From a virus (lineage: Duplodnaviria > Caudoviricetes), in the IMG/VR virus record IMGVR_UViG_3300005937_000199, positions 1 to 64,000 of that record: a DNA stretch of 64,000 nt; one strand, 5' to 3'. Shown piece after piece: positions 54,902 to 64,000 of this stretch. Position numbers and translations under genes: made by a program. The stretch's first letter is position 1, and each line of letters starts with the position of its first letter. The notes below the pieces were generated by a model. That model did not search any database. It was given only the letters and a program-made list of their open reading frames with translations, and had not been told where the DNA came from.

Positions 54902-55956
54902 TGCGCCACACCTTCGGGGCCGAGGTACTGGCCGATCACATCACCCCAGTCGGCGTGCGCTGTACCACGCTGATTGCCACTCTGCCACGAGCCTACCTGG
55001 CAGAACTCAACACGCACCGGCTGCTCTCGCGCGACGGCTATGAGCAGGAGTTGTCGCGCAACTCGGCGTCCAGCAGGGCAATACCAACCGAGAAGAACAT
55101 CGCCAACGTGCGCGAGTTCCCGTACGTTCCTGAGTCGTTCAACATGCGCGTCAAGGGCATGGGCGTCGGCGCGGAGATGGAAGCGGAATTGGCAAACCGC
55201 TGCCACAAGGTCTGGATGCGCGGGATGTACCACGCGACGACGACGGCCGACATGCTCAACGAGCTTGGCCTTGACAAGTCGCGTGCCAACCGCGTGATCG
55301 AGCCGTTCATGTGGCACACCGTCATCATCACGGCGACGGAGTGGGACAACTTCCTGGCGCTGCGCTGCCCGGACGGCGACCACTGGGACCCGGAGTTCCC
55401 TGCTCAGCCTGAGATGCAGATGTTCGCGATCTGTGTCCGTGACGCCATCAACGGCAGCACTCCCAAGCTGCTTGAAGAAGGCTCGTGGGCGATGCCGTAC
55501 TTCGACTGGGACGAGGAGTCGGAGCTTCTGCGCGGCCTGCTCGGTGGCCTGCAAGTCCCGATCAACGAGGTCATCAATGGCGCGCTGCTTGTCAGTGCCC
55601 GCCGTGTTGCCCGCGTCAGCTTTGAGCGGCAGGATGACATCGAGGACATCATGGCGTCCTACGAGAAGGGCATCACGCTCGCTCAGATGGCCCACTACAG
55701 CCCGATGGAGCACCAGGTCCGGCCGATCACGTACACCGACCTGAAGAACGGCGCGATCAACTCGAAGATCCACGTGCCAATGGACTTGTTCCGGGACCAG
55801 CGTGTGATCAACTTCAAGAAGATCCCGCTGGAACGGCTCTGGTGCGGCAACCTGCGTGGCGTCGTCCAGTTCCGCAAGCTCCTGCCGTACGAGGACAACG
55901 CGGGCGTGAAGCGTGCCATGGAGGCTGCCAAGGCATACGACCAGGAGACGCGATGA
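54901..55956 (+). CDS. thyX: Flavin-dependent thymidylate synthase
   Basis: AELNTHR..S...NSASSRAIP, ANRVIEPF, SARRVARVS, HYSPMEHQ. Confidence 0.85.
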   Translation: MRHTFGAEVLADHITPVGVRCTTLIATLPRAYLAELNTHRLLSRDGYEQELSRNSASSRAIPTEKNIANVREFPYVPESFNMRVKGMGVGAEMEAELANRCHKVWMRGMYHATTTADMLNELGLDKSRANRVIEPFMWHTVIITATEWDNFLALRCPDGDHWDPEFPAQPEMQMFAICVRDAINGSTPKLLEEGSWAMPYFDWDEESELLRGLLGGLQVPINEVINGALLVSARRVARVSFERQDDIEDIMASYEKGITLAQMAHYSPMEHQVRPITYTDLKNGAINSKIHVPMDLFRDQRVINFKKIPLERLWCGNLRGVVQFRKLLPYEDNAGVKRAMEAAKAYDQETR

Positions 55957-56249
55957 TCGTTCTCACTGAAGCGGAGGTGTTGCGCCACCACAGCGGCATT
56001 GATTGGGCCGAGCAGTTGCTCAAGCGTGACAAGCGACGTGGCGTTATGGCTCTCTGTGCGGTTGTCAAGTGGTTCCAGGACAACGATGGCAAGTCGGATG
56101 ACTTCGGCCGCACCTTCGTTGAGTCCGATGCCACCGAAGCGCTGACACGGCTCGGCGTCGAGCAAGTCTCCTGTCCAGCCGGTTGCAAGGGCGGCTGCGA
56201 CCAGTGTGATGGCTACGGCTGGGTCTGGCGGATTCCGAACAACCTCTAG
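55953..56249 (+). CDS. Hypothetical protein with C-terminal Zn motif
   Basis: CPAGCKGGCDQCDGYG. Confidence 0.6.
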   Translation: MIVLTEAEVLRHHSGIDWAEQLLKRDKRRGVMALCAVVKWFQDNDGKSDDFGRTFVESDATEALTRLGVEQVSCPAGCKGGCDQCDGYGWVWRIPNNL

Positions 56250-56258
56250 GGAGCGAAG

Positions 56259-56624
56259 ATGCGAGTCGTGATCGTTGACTGTCGCCAGAACCGGCCTTAC
56301 GAGGATGGTACCAACCTGGATGTTCCTGAGGAGGGCAGGGAGGCATTGATGTCCGCTATTGAGCACGCCGACGTGCTGGTGGAGATCAGCCAGGATGGCA
56401 TGTGGGTGAAGGAGGGTGTCGAACATGGCGTCGTCACGCTCGTCACCGTCAAGTCCGAGGCGCAGATGTCAATGGACAAGGCATTGCGTGAGAAGGCCGC
56501 TCGCACCAAGCCCAACGACGATCTGGAGAAGGGCACGCACCCCGTCAACGAGAAGTTCGCGCACGTGTGGGACGGCTCCGTGGAGTCCGGCAAGCCGGTC
56601 GAGGGCGGTCTGAAGGGCTACTGA
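56259..56624 (+). CDS. Hypothetical protein
   Basis: AGGGAG RBS. Confidence 0.65.
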   Translation: MRVVIVDCRQNRPYEDGTNLDVPEEGREALMSAIEHADVLVEISQDGMWVKEGVEHGVVTLVTVKSEAQMSMDKALREKAARTKPNDDLEKGTHPVNEKFAHVWDGSVESGKPVEGGLKGY

Positions 56625-56655
56625 TAGACTGCCCGCAGCATGGCCTGGGGAGATC

Positions 56656-59600
56656 ATGGTCCAGTTCGCCGGACACCTTCACGTACACGACGCCTATTCG
56701 CTGCTCGACGGTAACGCCGACCGCAACCAACTGACAACCGAGGCGGCACGCAAGGGCCAGGACTTCCTGGGCCTTACCAACCACGGTGTCTTGGGCGGGG
56801 CGTTGGAGCACGTGGACGCCTGTCGGCACCCTGAGCAGTACGAGGACCCTACCAATCCGGGTGGCAAACGGTCGAAGGACGAACGCCTGATGCCGATCCT
56901 GGGGATCGAGGCGTACTGGCGTCCTGATCGCTTCATGGACCTGAGCGACCAGGCACTCTACGGTAGGAACGGGCACAACTGGGCGCAGCACCTCTGTCTG
57001 CACGCTGGCAACCTGCGTGGCTGGCGGACACTGCTGCGTCTGAGTGCTAAGTCGTGGGTCAAGAAGGAGAACGGCGGCGGCTTCTACGGCAAGCCGTGCA
57101 TGGACATGAACATGCTGGAGGAGGATCACGAGGGCATCGTGATCTCCACCGCCTGTATCAACTCGCCTGTTGCTCACCTGATCCTGGCCGGGGACGAGCG
57201 CGGCGCAAAGCGCTGGTGCAAGGGCATCCTGGAGATGGGGATACCGCTCTGGTTCGAGTTGATGCCGCACAACCTGGAAGCGCAGCGCATCTATAACATC
57301 GGACTTGTCAACATCGCACATGACCTGGGCCAGCCACTCGTGGCCTCCGGCGATGTCCACACTCCGTACTACGACTGGAAGGACACACAGTCGATTGTCA
57401 GGATGATCTCGTACCGGCAGACGATCTCCGATCAGGAGCGCAAGAAGGACGCTGGTGAGGACGTTTACACCGAAGAGATCGACTCCGTGTTCCTGTCCAG
57501 CGGGCGCGAGATGATGGACATGTTCGAGGAGTACCAACCTCAGTTGCCATTGTCGGTTGTCAAGGAGGCGATGGCGAACACGAAGGAGTTCTTCCAGAGC
57601 TTCAAGCCGTGGCAGTTCAGCAAGAACCTCAAGCTGCCGCATGTCGAGGTGGACTCCAAGACGCTGCTGTGGCAATGGGTGCAGGAGGGCTTCGAGCGGA
57701 TCAAGAAGGACTATCCGGCCGAGCACTGGAAGAAGTTCCCGTACGAGGAGTACGAGAAGCGATGCCAAGAAGAGTGGCAAGTCCTGGTGGAGAAGGACGT
57801 GCTCGACTACTTCTACATCGTGGCCGACTTCATCCGGTGGGCGCGCTCCGATGAGCCGCTTCCAGTTCGGATCGGCAAGAAGCTTTACAAGGGCAAGGGC
57901 AAGAAGCGCCCGATCCGCTGCAATCTGCGCGGCTCCGCTGCTGGCTGCCTGATCTCCTACCTGATTGGCATCTCGATTGTCGATCCCATCGGGCATGAGC
58001 TACTGTTCGAGCGCTTCCTGAACGCCGACCGCGAAGGGATGCCGGATATCGACATCGATCTCGAATCCGGCGAGTATGGCAGGGATCTTGGCAAGGAATA
58101 CTTCCGCGTCGTCTACGGGCGCAATCACGTGGCCGATGTGATCGCCTACCAGACCTTCGGCCCGCGCGCTGTGCTGGCAGCGGTGCTGGAGACGCAGGAG
58201 GTTGACTACAAGCGGATCAAGGATGCGACCGAGAGCATTGGGGACACCGAGCGCGGGCTGGAGAAGATCGCCGCTAAGAACCAGATTGTCAATGGCATCA
58301 AGCGTGACTTCGCCTACGCCTGGGAGCAGTGCCTCCGGCTAGAGGGGCAGATCAAGAACGACTCACGCCACGCATCGGCCATCATCCTCACTGACAAGCC
58401 GATTACTGATACTGGCATGGCGCTCCAGACGGCGAGCGACCACGAGACGGTGGTCACGGCTTGGGCCGACCGGGTGGAGTTCCCCATCGTCTCCAGCTAC
58501 GGCTGGCAGAAGTTCGACCTGCTGGGCGTGGACTCGCTCAACAAGCAGGCGCTAGCAGTCGAGTTGGTTGAGCGCTACTACGGCGTCAAGGTTGATCTCG
58601 ACCGGCTCCCAGTCTTCCGTGACCCGAAGGCTGTCGATCTCAAGGTCATGAAGGCGTTCAAGACGAAGAAGACCTGGGACCTGTTCCAGTTCTCCGGCGA
58701 CGGTATGTCGGCTGCGCTGTTCGAGATCTCGCCGGATGACGTGGACGAGCTATCGCTTGCCAATGCGCTTTACAGACCTGGTGCAGCCTCGCAGATCGAG
58801 GAGTACGTCGCGCGCAAGAAGGGCAAGAAGAAGTGGAAGCTCTGGCATCAGGCGTTGAAGCCCTACCTCGGTAGCACGTTCGGCATCATCGCCTTCCAGG
58901 AACAGGTGATGCAAACCTGCAAGGCAATCGGTGGCTTCACCGGGCCGCAGGCGGACTTCATGCGCAAGGCGATATCCAAGCTCTACCGGCTCGGCAAGGA
59001 AGAGGCGCAGGCCGAGATGCGGCCGTACTGGGAGATCTGGCTCCCTGGTTGCACCAAGCTTGGTATTCCACGCAAGGTGATCGATGAGGTGTGGGCGCTG
59101 ATCCTTGAGTTCGGCGGCTACAGCTTCAACAAGGCACACTCCACTTGCTACGCGCTCCAGGCGTATCAGGACATGTGGCTCAAGGTCTACTACCCACTGG
59201 CCTTCTACGCTGCCGCGTTCACGATCACGAAGAAGCAGAAGAAGGAGGATCAGGCAACCTACTTGAAGAACGGTCTGCGCGAGGCGCGCTCCTTCGGGAT
59301 CGAAGCGCTGCCGCCGTCCGTCAACCACAGCGAGGTTGGCTGGTCCATCGAGAATCGCAACATTCGCTTCGGCCTGGCGAGCGTCAACGAGATGGGATAC
59401 GCCGCCGCCAATGCCATCGTTGCCAACCGGCCGTACAAGAACTTCAAGGACTTCACGCAGCGGGTGCCGGAGGGCACGAACAAGACTCACCACCTGGCGC
59501 TCGTCCGCTGCGGTGCGTTCGATGAGACGGATGAGCGGCCCTATCTGCTCGGCAACACGCCCCAGCACGAGGGTAACCAGTTGAAGTTTGACATCGAGCT

Positions 59601-60396
59601 TGACTGTGGCGACACCACGAAGAAGACTGTCAAGCTGACTGATCGTCAGATCGAGAACCTGAACCTGTACTCCGATGAGAAGATCATGCAGGAGCTACAG
59701 TGGAAGGGCGAGGAGCAGACGCGCAACGTCAAGTGCCGCAAGCATCCGGACGCCAAAGTCGTCAACGTCATCGAGCGGCATGATGTCTACTCGGTTGCTG
59801 AGTGGATGCGCGACCGACCGGGTCGAGAGCCGGAGGAGTGGACGCCTGCCACTGCCGGTGAGATCGCCAAGGCTGAGCGAGATACCATCAACATTGGCAT
59901 GACTGCCAGCGGCTCGATTGCCACCCGCTACTTCGACTTCATCGATGCCAGGATCATGACCGCCGCTGAGGTGGATGACCTACCGCGCAAGCCGAAGCGC
60001 AAGAAGGTCAAGGGCCGCTATTACCACACCGGTAGCTGCCGCTGCGAAGAGTGTGAGGCGGCAGAGGTGACGCTCGGTGGGGAGATCACGCGCTTCAAGC
60101 CGATCCGCAACCGCAACGGCGATATGATGGCCTTTGGTGATCTCGTGTTCGGCTCGGATCAGTACAGCTTGACGTTCTTCTCGGACGCCTACAGGGACTA
60201 TGCCAAGTTGGTGAAAACTCCGACTGCGTTCCTCGTCTCCGGGTGCAAGAACGACCGTGGCGAGATCACCGTGTTCGAGGTCGTGGATGTTGTGGCACTT
60301 GCTGAAGAACAGGGCTGGGAGCCGCCGCCGCTAACCAATGGTAAGCGTAATGGCAACCGGCATGTTAGCCTACGAGGACTAGCAAAGGCGGCGTGA
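56656..60396 (+). CDS. dnaE: DNA polymerase III alpha subunit
   Basis: PHP HLHVHDAYSLLDG, RGSAAGCL, FERFLN..R..MPDIDID, YSFNKAHS, C-terminal OB fold. Confidence 0.95.
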   Translation: MVQFAGHLHVHDAYSLLDGNADRNQLTTEAARKGQDFLGLTNHGVLGGALEHVDACRHPEQYEDPTNPGGKRSKDERLMPILGIEAYWRPDRFMDLSDQALYGRNGHNWAQHLCLHAGNLRGWRTLLRLSAKSWVKKENGGGFYGKPCMDMNMLEEDHEGIVISTACINSPVAHLILAGDERGAKRWCKGILEMGIPLWFELMPHNLEAQRIYNIGLVNIAHDLGQPLVASGDVHTPYYDWKDTQSIVRMISYRQTISDQERKKDAGEDVYTEEIDSVFLSSGREMMDMFEEYQPQLPLSVVKEAMANTKEFFQSFKPWQFSKNLKLPHVEVDSKTLLWQWVQEGFERIKKDYPAEHWKKFPYEEYEKRCQEEWQVLVEKDVLDYFYIVADFIRWARSDEPLPVRIGKKLYKGKGKKRPIRCNLRGSAAGCLISYLIGISIVDPIGHELLFERFLNADREGMPDIDIDLESGEYGRDLGKEYFRVVYGRNHVADVIAYQTFGPRAVLAAVLETQEVDYKRIKDATESIGDTERGLEKIAAKNQIVNGIKRDFAYAWEQCLRLEGQIKNDSRHASAIILTDKPITDTGMALQTASDHETVVTAWADRVEFPIVSSYGWQKFDLLGVDSLNKQALAVELVERYYGVKVDLDRLPVFRDPKAVDLKVMKAFKTKKTWDLFQFSGDGMSAALFEISPDDVDELSLANALYRPGAASQIEEYVARKKGKKKWKLWHQALKPYLGSTFGIIAFQEQVMQTCKAIGGFTGPQADFMRKAISKLYRLGKEEAQAEMRPYWEIWLPGCTKLGIPRKVIDEVWALILEFGGYSFNKAHSTCYALQAYQDMWLKVYYPLAFYAAAFTITKKQKKEDQATYLKNGLREARSFGIEALPPSVNHSEVGWSIENRNIRFGLASVNEMGYAAANAIVANRPYKNFKDFTQRVPEGTNKTHHLALVRCGAFDETDERPYLLGNTPQHEGNQLKFDIELDCGDTTKKTVKLTDRQIENLNLYSDEKIMQELQWKGEEQTRNVKCRKHPDAKVVNVIERHDVYSVAEWMRDRPGREPEEWTPATAGEIAKAERDTINIGMTASGSIATRYFDFIDARIMTAAEVDDLPRKPKRKKVKGRYYHTGSCRCEECEAAEVTLGGEITRFKPIRNRNGDMMAFGDLVFGSDQYSLTFFSDAYRDYAKLVKTPTAFLVSGCKNDRGEITVFEVVDVVALAEEQGWEPPPLTNGKRNGNRHVSLRGLAKAA

Positions 60397-61670
60397 TGCC
60401 AGTTAGCAGTGAAGGACGAGCAGCCTTCATCGAGTGGGTGACGAGCCAGAAGGAGTGGGAGACGAAGGTCTTCACTGGCAACACGCAGAACATCGGTGAT
60501 GGTCCGGCGCGTGTTCCGTTCCTCAACCCGACGCTCACGCGAGCGACCTGGGGCGGCGTGCCGGTCGGCCACATCTGCCGTTGGCACGGTGAAGAGGGCA
60601 GTGGCAAGTCGCTTACTGATCTCGGCATCATGTGGGTGGCGCAGAACTACCCGATGGTCATCACCGAGGAGTTCGAGCGCGAGATCTACTTCTACGAAGC
60701 GCGCCGCAACCGGCTCAAAGCGATGCTGCTGAAGACGCGCCTCGCGAACCTCCTGGCCAAGTTCCCTGATGGCATGTCGGTGTGCATCTACGACACCGAG
60801 CAGCGCTTCACCTGGGACCTGGCCGAGCAGATGGGGATTGATATCCGTCATGATGACAGGCTGATCGTCATGGAGGAGAACATCATCGAGAACATCGCCT
60901 ACCAGATGCAGGAGGCGGTGGCTGCATACCACATTGTCATCGTGGACTCGGTGAGCAACGCGGAGAGCTACGCCGAGGCGAACCTGACGCCTGGTGAGTA
61001 CGAGCGCGGGACGGCAGCAGCGGCGTGGAAGCGCCTGCGCTCAGTCCGGCGACGGCTTGACCGCACAGAGAACACGATCATCCTCGTGGACCAGGTGCGC
61101 GCCGCGCTGGGCAAGACGGTCTGGAAGGCTGGCAAGCAGGAGCAGGCACCGCCGCAGCCGCCGCAGATCCGCTTCCTCAAGCACAATGCCTCGCTGGCCA
61201 TCGCCTACAGCCAAGGCAAGAAGCTTTACATGATGGACGACTACGCGCTGACCGACGACTACAAGAAGGCCAGCAACGACTTCATGGCGCTCGGATCAGA
61301 TGGCAAGGAGGTTGCCGGTCTGGAGATGCGTTGCAAGGTCGAGAAGAACTCGACCGGCGCTCCCTTCCGCCAGGCAGCGATGCGGTTCTGCTTCCCAGTC
61401 ACCGACGTGCGAACCGGCGAGTTGATCCAGGATGTGGGATTCGACTTGTCATTCGAGTTGCTGATGTCGGCCGAGCACTACCACATCGTGGAGTCTGGTG
61501 GCGGCGGCATGTACTACCCACTGGACGAGAACTTCCGGCGCATCGCGAAGCCGAAGGGCCGGGGCAAGGGCCACATCGGCTGGAAGGGCGAGCCTGCCGC
61601 CCGCGCCGCCATTGAGGAGAACGACGAACTCAGGGAACGGATACTCAGTCGCCTGATGATGGACAGATGA
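60393..61670 (+). CDS. RecA/UvsX-like recombinase
   Basis: Walker A GEEGSGKS, YDTEQ, Walker B IVDSV, DQVR, KVEKN. Confidence 0.85.
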   Translation: MMPVSSEGRAAFIEWVTSQKEWETKVFTGNTQNIGDGPARVPFLNPTLTRATWGGVPVGHICRWHGEEGSGKSLTDLGIMWVAQNYPMVITEEFEREIYFYEARRNRLKAMLLKTRLANLLAKFPDGMSVCIYDTEQRFTWDLAEQMGIDIRHDDRLIVMEENIIENIAYQMQEAVAAYHIVIVDSVSNAESYAEANLTPGEYERGTAAAAWKRLRSVRRRLDRTENTIILVDQVRAALGKTVWKAGKQEQAPPQPPQIRFLKHNASLAIAYSQGKKLYMMDDYALTDDYKKASNDFMALGSDGKEVAGLEMRCKVEKNSTGAPFRQAAMRFCFPVTDVRTGELIQDVGFDLSFELLMSAEHYHIVESGGGGMYYPLDENFRRIAKPKGRGKGHIGWKGEPAARAAIEENDELRERILSRLMMDR

Positions 61671-61671
61671 C

Positions 61672-62226
61672 ATGCCAGATGATGAAGAACCAGACTACGA
61701 AGAGATCTGGCGGTGGATAGTTGCCTCCGCAGAACAACACGTCGAAGCCCAAAGGCGCTGGCAAGCTAGCTGGCTTGAAGGCGACTTCCGGTTCGACGCC
61801 GATCTCGCCTACGCCGCGCAAAGGCGCGCTGCGCGGGCTTGGCAACGCAGCACCCTCCAGCAAATCGATCTCGCCCTCGCCATCAACGACGGAGACATCG
61901 CCTCCTACATCGAGCGCTGGTACCCGGAGCCAACGCCCAACGGTGCGTCGATCACCTTCATCCACGCCGATGAGGTCGAAGTCACTGGCAGGCTTGTCAT
62001 CGATGAGGTCGCCATCCCCGAAGGATGGCAACCAGGTCGTCAATACTCCGGAGAGTCCCGCGCGACACTACGAGCCTGGTACACAGGCGACGAGTACACT
62101 GCAACCGTTTGGGAATCAGAGGACTGCCGTGCCGCTCGGAGCAAACGTGCGCGTGGCAAGGCTCTGGTCAAGCAAGTTTCCCGTTGGCTCCGTCGTGCGT
62201 GTCGAATGGGACCACGAGGGGTATAA
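61672..62226 (+). CDS. Hypothetical protein (C-terminal boundary uncertain)
   Basis: Follows the RecA-like gene directly. Confidence 0.5.
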   Translation: MPDDEEPDYEEIWRWIVASAEQHVEAQRRWQASWLEGDFRFDADLAYAAQRRAARAWQRSTLQQIDLALAINDGDIASYIERWYPEPTPNGASITFIHADEVEVTGRLVIDEVAIPEGWQPGRQYSGESRATLRAWYTGDEYTATVWESEDCRAARSKRARGKALVKQVSRWLRRACRMGPRGV

Positions 62227-62374
62227 GCCGGAGTTCAACCAGCGGCTTGCCTACCGGGGTACTGTGATGGAGTACGAGAAGGACGGATGGATGCGCTTGT
62301 TCGACTACGACACCGGCTACTGGTTCGTGGCTCCGTGCGCGCGGCTGGCCCTGAGCTTCAAGGGTGGGTCGTGA
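62147..62374 (+). CDS. Small hypothetical protein (start uncertain; alternative GTG 62195)
   Basis: KFPVGSVVRVEW...RGTVMEYE SH3-like pattern, good GC3. Confidence 0.45.
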   Translation: MRVARLWSSKFPVGSVVRVEWDHEGYKPEFNQRLAYRGTVMEYEKDGWMRLFDYDTGYWFVAPCARLALSFKGGS

Positions 62375-62646
62375 CAGGTGGGGTTTCAATCGCTGAGTTG
62401 CACTGCCCTACGTGTGGGGCGGTCTTTGCCTGCTTCGTTGCTAGATGCACGCACGCTCTTGAATCCGACTTTGATGTTGACGCGCTTCATGCTGACATCA
62501 AGTGCGGGCCAACGCTCGGCCACCGGCCCTACCTCACGTGCCCACGAGGGCACATGTGGACGATCAAGACAATCTGGCGGGCACTCGGTTACCCCGATCA
62601 AGTGCTCCTTGGCGAATACCTTGGAGTAGATGAACAATGGGCTTGA
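62371..62646 (+). CDS. Zn-binding hypothetical protein
   Basis: CPTC...CPRGH. Confidence 0.55.
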   Translation: MTGGVSIAELHCPTCGAVFACFVARCTHALESDFDVDALHADIKCGPTLGHRPYLTCPRGHMWTIKTIWRALGYPDQVLLGEYLGVDEQWA

Positions 62647-63149
62647 CACCGGAACAGGATCGGGCTGCCTGGTACGTTGCCGGTGTCTTCGACGGTGAGG
62701 GATCGGTGCACTACAAGGAGGGCAAGTTCGGCTTCACGTCGAAGTACGTAAGGATTGACAACACAGATGTCAGCATCATCGACTCTGTGTGCATCGCGCT
62801 CGATCTCCTGGGTATCCCGTATACCAAGCGTGGCCCGACCTACCTCAAGAACGACCGCTGGCTCCCGGTCTACAGCCTCAACATCGCCAACTACGATGGC
62901 ATTGCTCTTTTTGCACAGTTAGTCCCAGTGCAGAGCGAGGCGAAGCGCGAGAAGCTTGATCACATCGCTGGTGCGGAGCGTCGTCGGCTTGTCGTCAGGA
63001 CTGATGAGGAGTGGATTGCGCTCTACCACAAGCATTCCAATCTGGCTGCTATAGCTCGGGAAGTCGAGTGCAATGTCAAGACGGTTCGTACGAACATGGA
63101 TCGCCTGGGAATGCCCCGGCGCGGGCGGGGGTGGCGAGCGTGGGTTTGA
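62637..63149 (+). mobile_element. Free-standing LAGLIDADG homing endonuclease with C-terminal HTH
   Basis: AWYVAGVFDGEGSV, VRIDNTD, LAAIAREVECNVKTVRTNM. Confidence 0.85.
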
Positions 63150-64000
63150 CGCGGGCCGAGTTCTGGTCGAGAATCGGGTTGGCACGGGAGATCGACCCGC
63201 TGACGACGGCGGCGTACAAGTTCGGTGCGCTCAAGCGGCAGCTACAGGGCGACAAGGGCGAGGACCACCGCGATCCCTGGCACCTGAGCTTCCACGGCTC
63301 CCAGTTCCCTGGTGACAACCCGAACGCCTGCGGCCGACAGTCGCTCTATCGGATGATGGACTTCACGCGGCCGGTGATGAAGCGCTGGCTCGAACAGGTG
63401 GCTGAGTCCGGCAAGGCCATCGAGAACAGTCTGGTTGCCAAGTGGTGGTACGCTGGCTACCTCGTCAGTCCGCCCTCGTTCCTGCCAGGGATGCTCCAGG
63501 AGCAGTACGAGGACGAGGATCACTGGCTGACCTGCACGGTGGATTCCATCGTCTGCTGGCCGCGCGAGATCGAGCCGCTGGTCTGTGAGGTCAAGAGCAA
63601 GGAGGCTGCTGTCATCCGGGCGATGCAGCGGCTCATCCGTGGTCCAGACCGCAAACACGTGTGGCAGATCAAAACTGAGATCGCGATGGCCCACGAGGCG
63701 GGACCGATTACCAAGCTGCGTTGCATCAACACCGGGCGATTCGCGATCCGCGTAGGGTTCGAGATCGAGGATGGCGTGATGGTCGGCGGCGAGGATGTGT
63801 GTCCGCTGCACGGTGGCGACCGCTGCCTCCAACAAGTCACCTTGCAAGCTCCGACGCGCGGTTACCTCTACTACGTGAGCCGTGACAACCCTGAGGACAC
63901 CTTCGAGTTCATGTTCGAGTACGACCCGAACTGGCTCCGAGTCGGGCGCTCGAAGCTGAAGCGCTGGCGTGAATCATTCCTTGATGACACGCTGCCTGCT
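63140..64000 (+). CDS. Cas4-like PD-(D/E)xK exonuclease, runs off the window end (not in ORF track)
   Basis: Open frame from GTG 63140 (or 63131): SFHGSQF...CGRQSLY, TCTVDSI, CEVKSK, HVWQI, GYLYY. Confidence 0.7.
   Translation, partial: MGLTRAEFWSRIGLAREIDPLTTAAYKFGALKRQLQGDKGEDHRDPWHLSFHGSQFPGDNPNACGRQSLYRMMDFTRPVMKRWLEQVAESGKAIENSLVAKWWYAGYLVSPPSFLPGMLQEQYEDEDHWLTCTVDSIVCWPREIEPLVCEVKSKEAAVIRAMQRLIRGPDRKHVWQIKTEIAMAHEAGPITKLRCINTGRFAIRVGFEIEDGVMVGGEDVCPLHGGDRCLQQVTLQAPTRGYLYYVSRDNPEDTFEFMFEYDPNWLRVGRSKLKRWRESFLDDTLPA

Noticed and set aside
56656-60396. Intein in DnaE (or in DnaB/RecA)
   Set aside because: No C/S...HN-C/S/T splice junctions or embedded LAGLIDADG motifs were seen, and the lengths are consistent with uninterrupted proteins
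1-64000. tRNA genes, integrase/attP, terminase, portal
   Set aside because: None recognised by eye; lifestyle and packaging mode cannot be assigned from this window

Overview
This window is a 64-kb piece of a high-GC tailed phage genome, probably a long-tailed siphovirus of an Actinomycetota host (Rpf domain, actinobacterial-style collagen protein in the lysis cassette, GGAGGTGA ribosome-binding sites). There are three blocks. (1) About 0.3-12.4 kb is an accessory/early region of small genes, HTH regulators and a reverse-strand secreted Rpf muralytic enzyme. (2) About 12.5-44.7 kb is the virion operon: Mu-I-like protease, scaffold, decoration protein, lambda-gpE-like capsid, head-tail proteins, major tail protein, tail chaperone with a -1 frameshift, 2578-aa tape measure, enlarged Dit, Tal-like protein, 2431-aa collagen/C1q tail fibre and holin-like genes. 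(3) About 45-64 kb is a replication/recombination module: SF2 helicase, RNase H, DnaB, NADAR, primase, SSB, dNMP kinase, ThyX, DnaE, RecA-like protein, LAGLIDADG endonuclease and a Cas4-like nuclease. The standout feature is at 2.19-4.43 kb. Two arrays of 36-nt units (9-nt edge repeat AGCGAGCCA, 9-nt spacer A, ~9-nt loop repeat AGAGCACCA, 9-nt spacer B; ~30 units in total) are split by a 58-aa ORF and followed directly by a protein with an IS110/Nop-like domain and no nuclease domain. This is the layout of a TIGR-Tas (TasA-type) RNA-guided DNA-targeting system, here with a split array and an apparent extra insertion in the Nop domain. I could not recognise terminase, portal, integrase, a canonical endolysin or tRNA genes in this window. 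All protein calls come from motif recognition by eye; no database searches were run.
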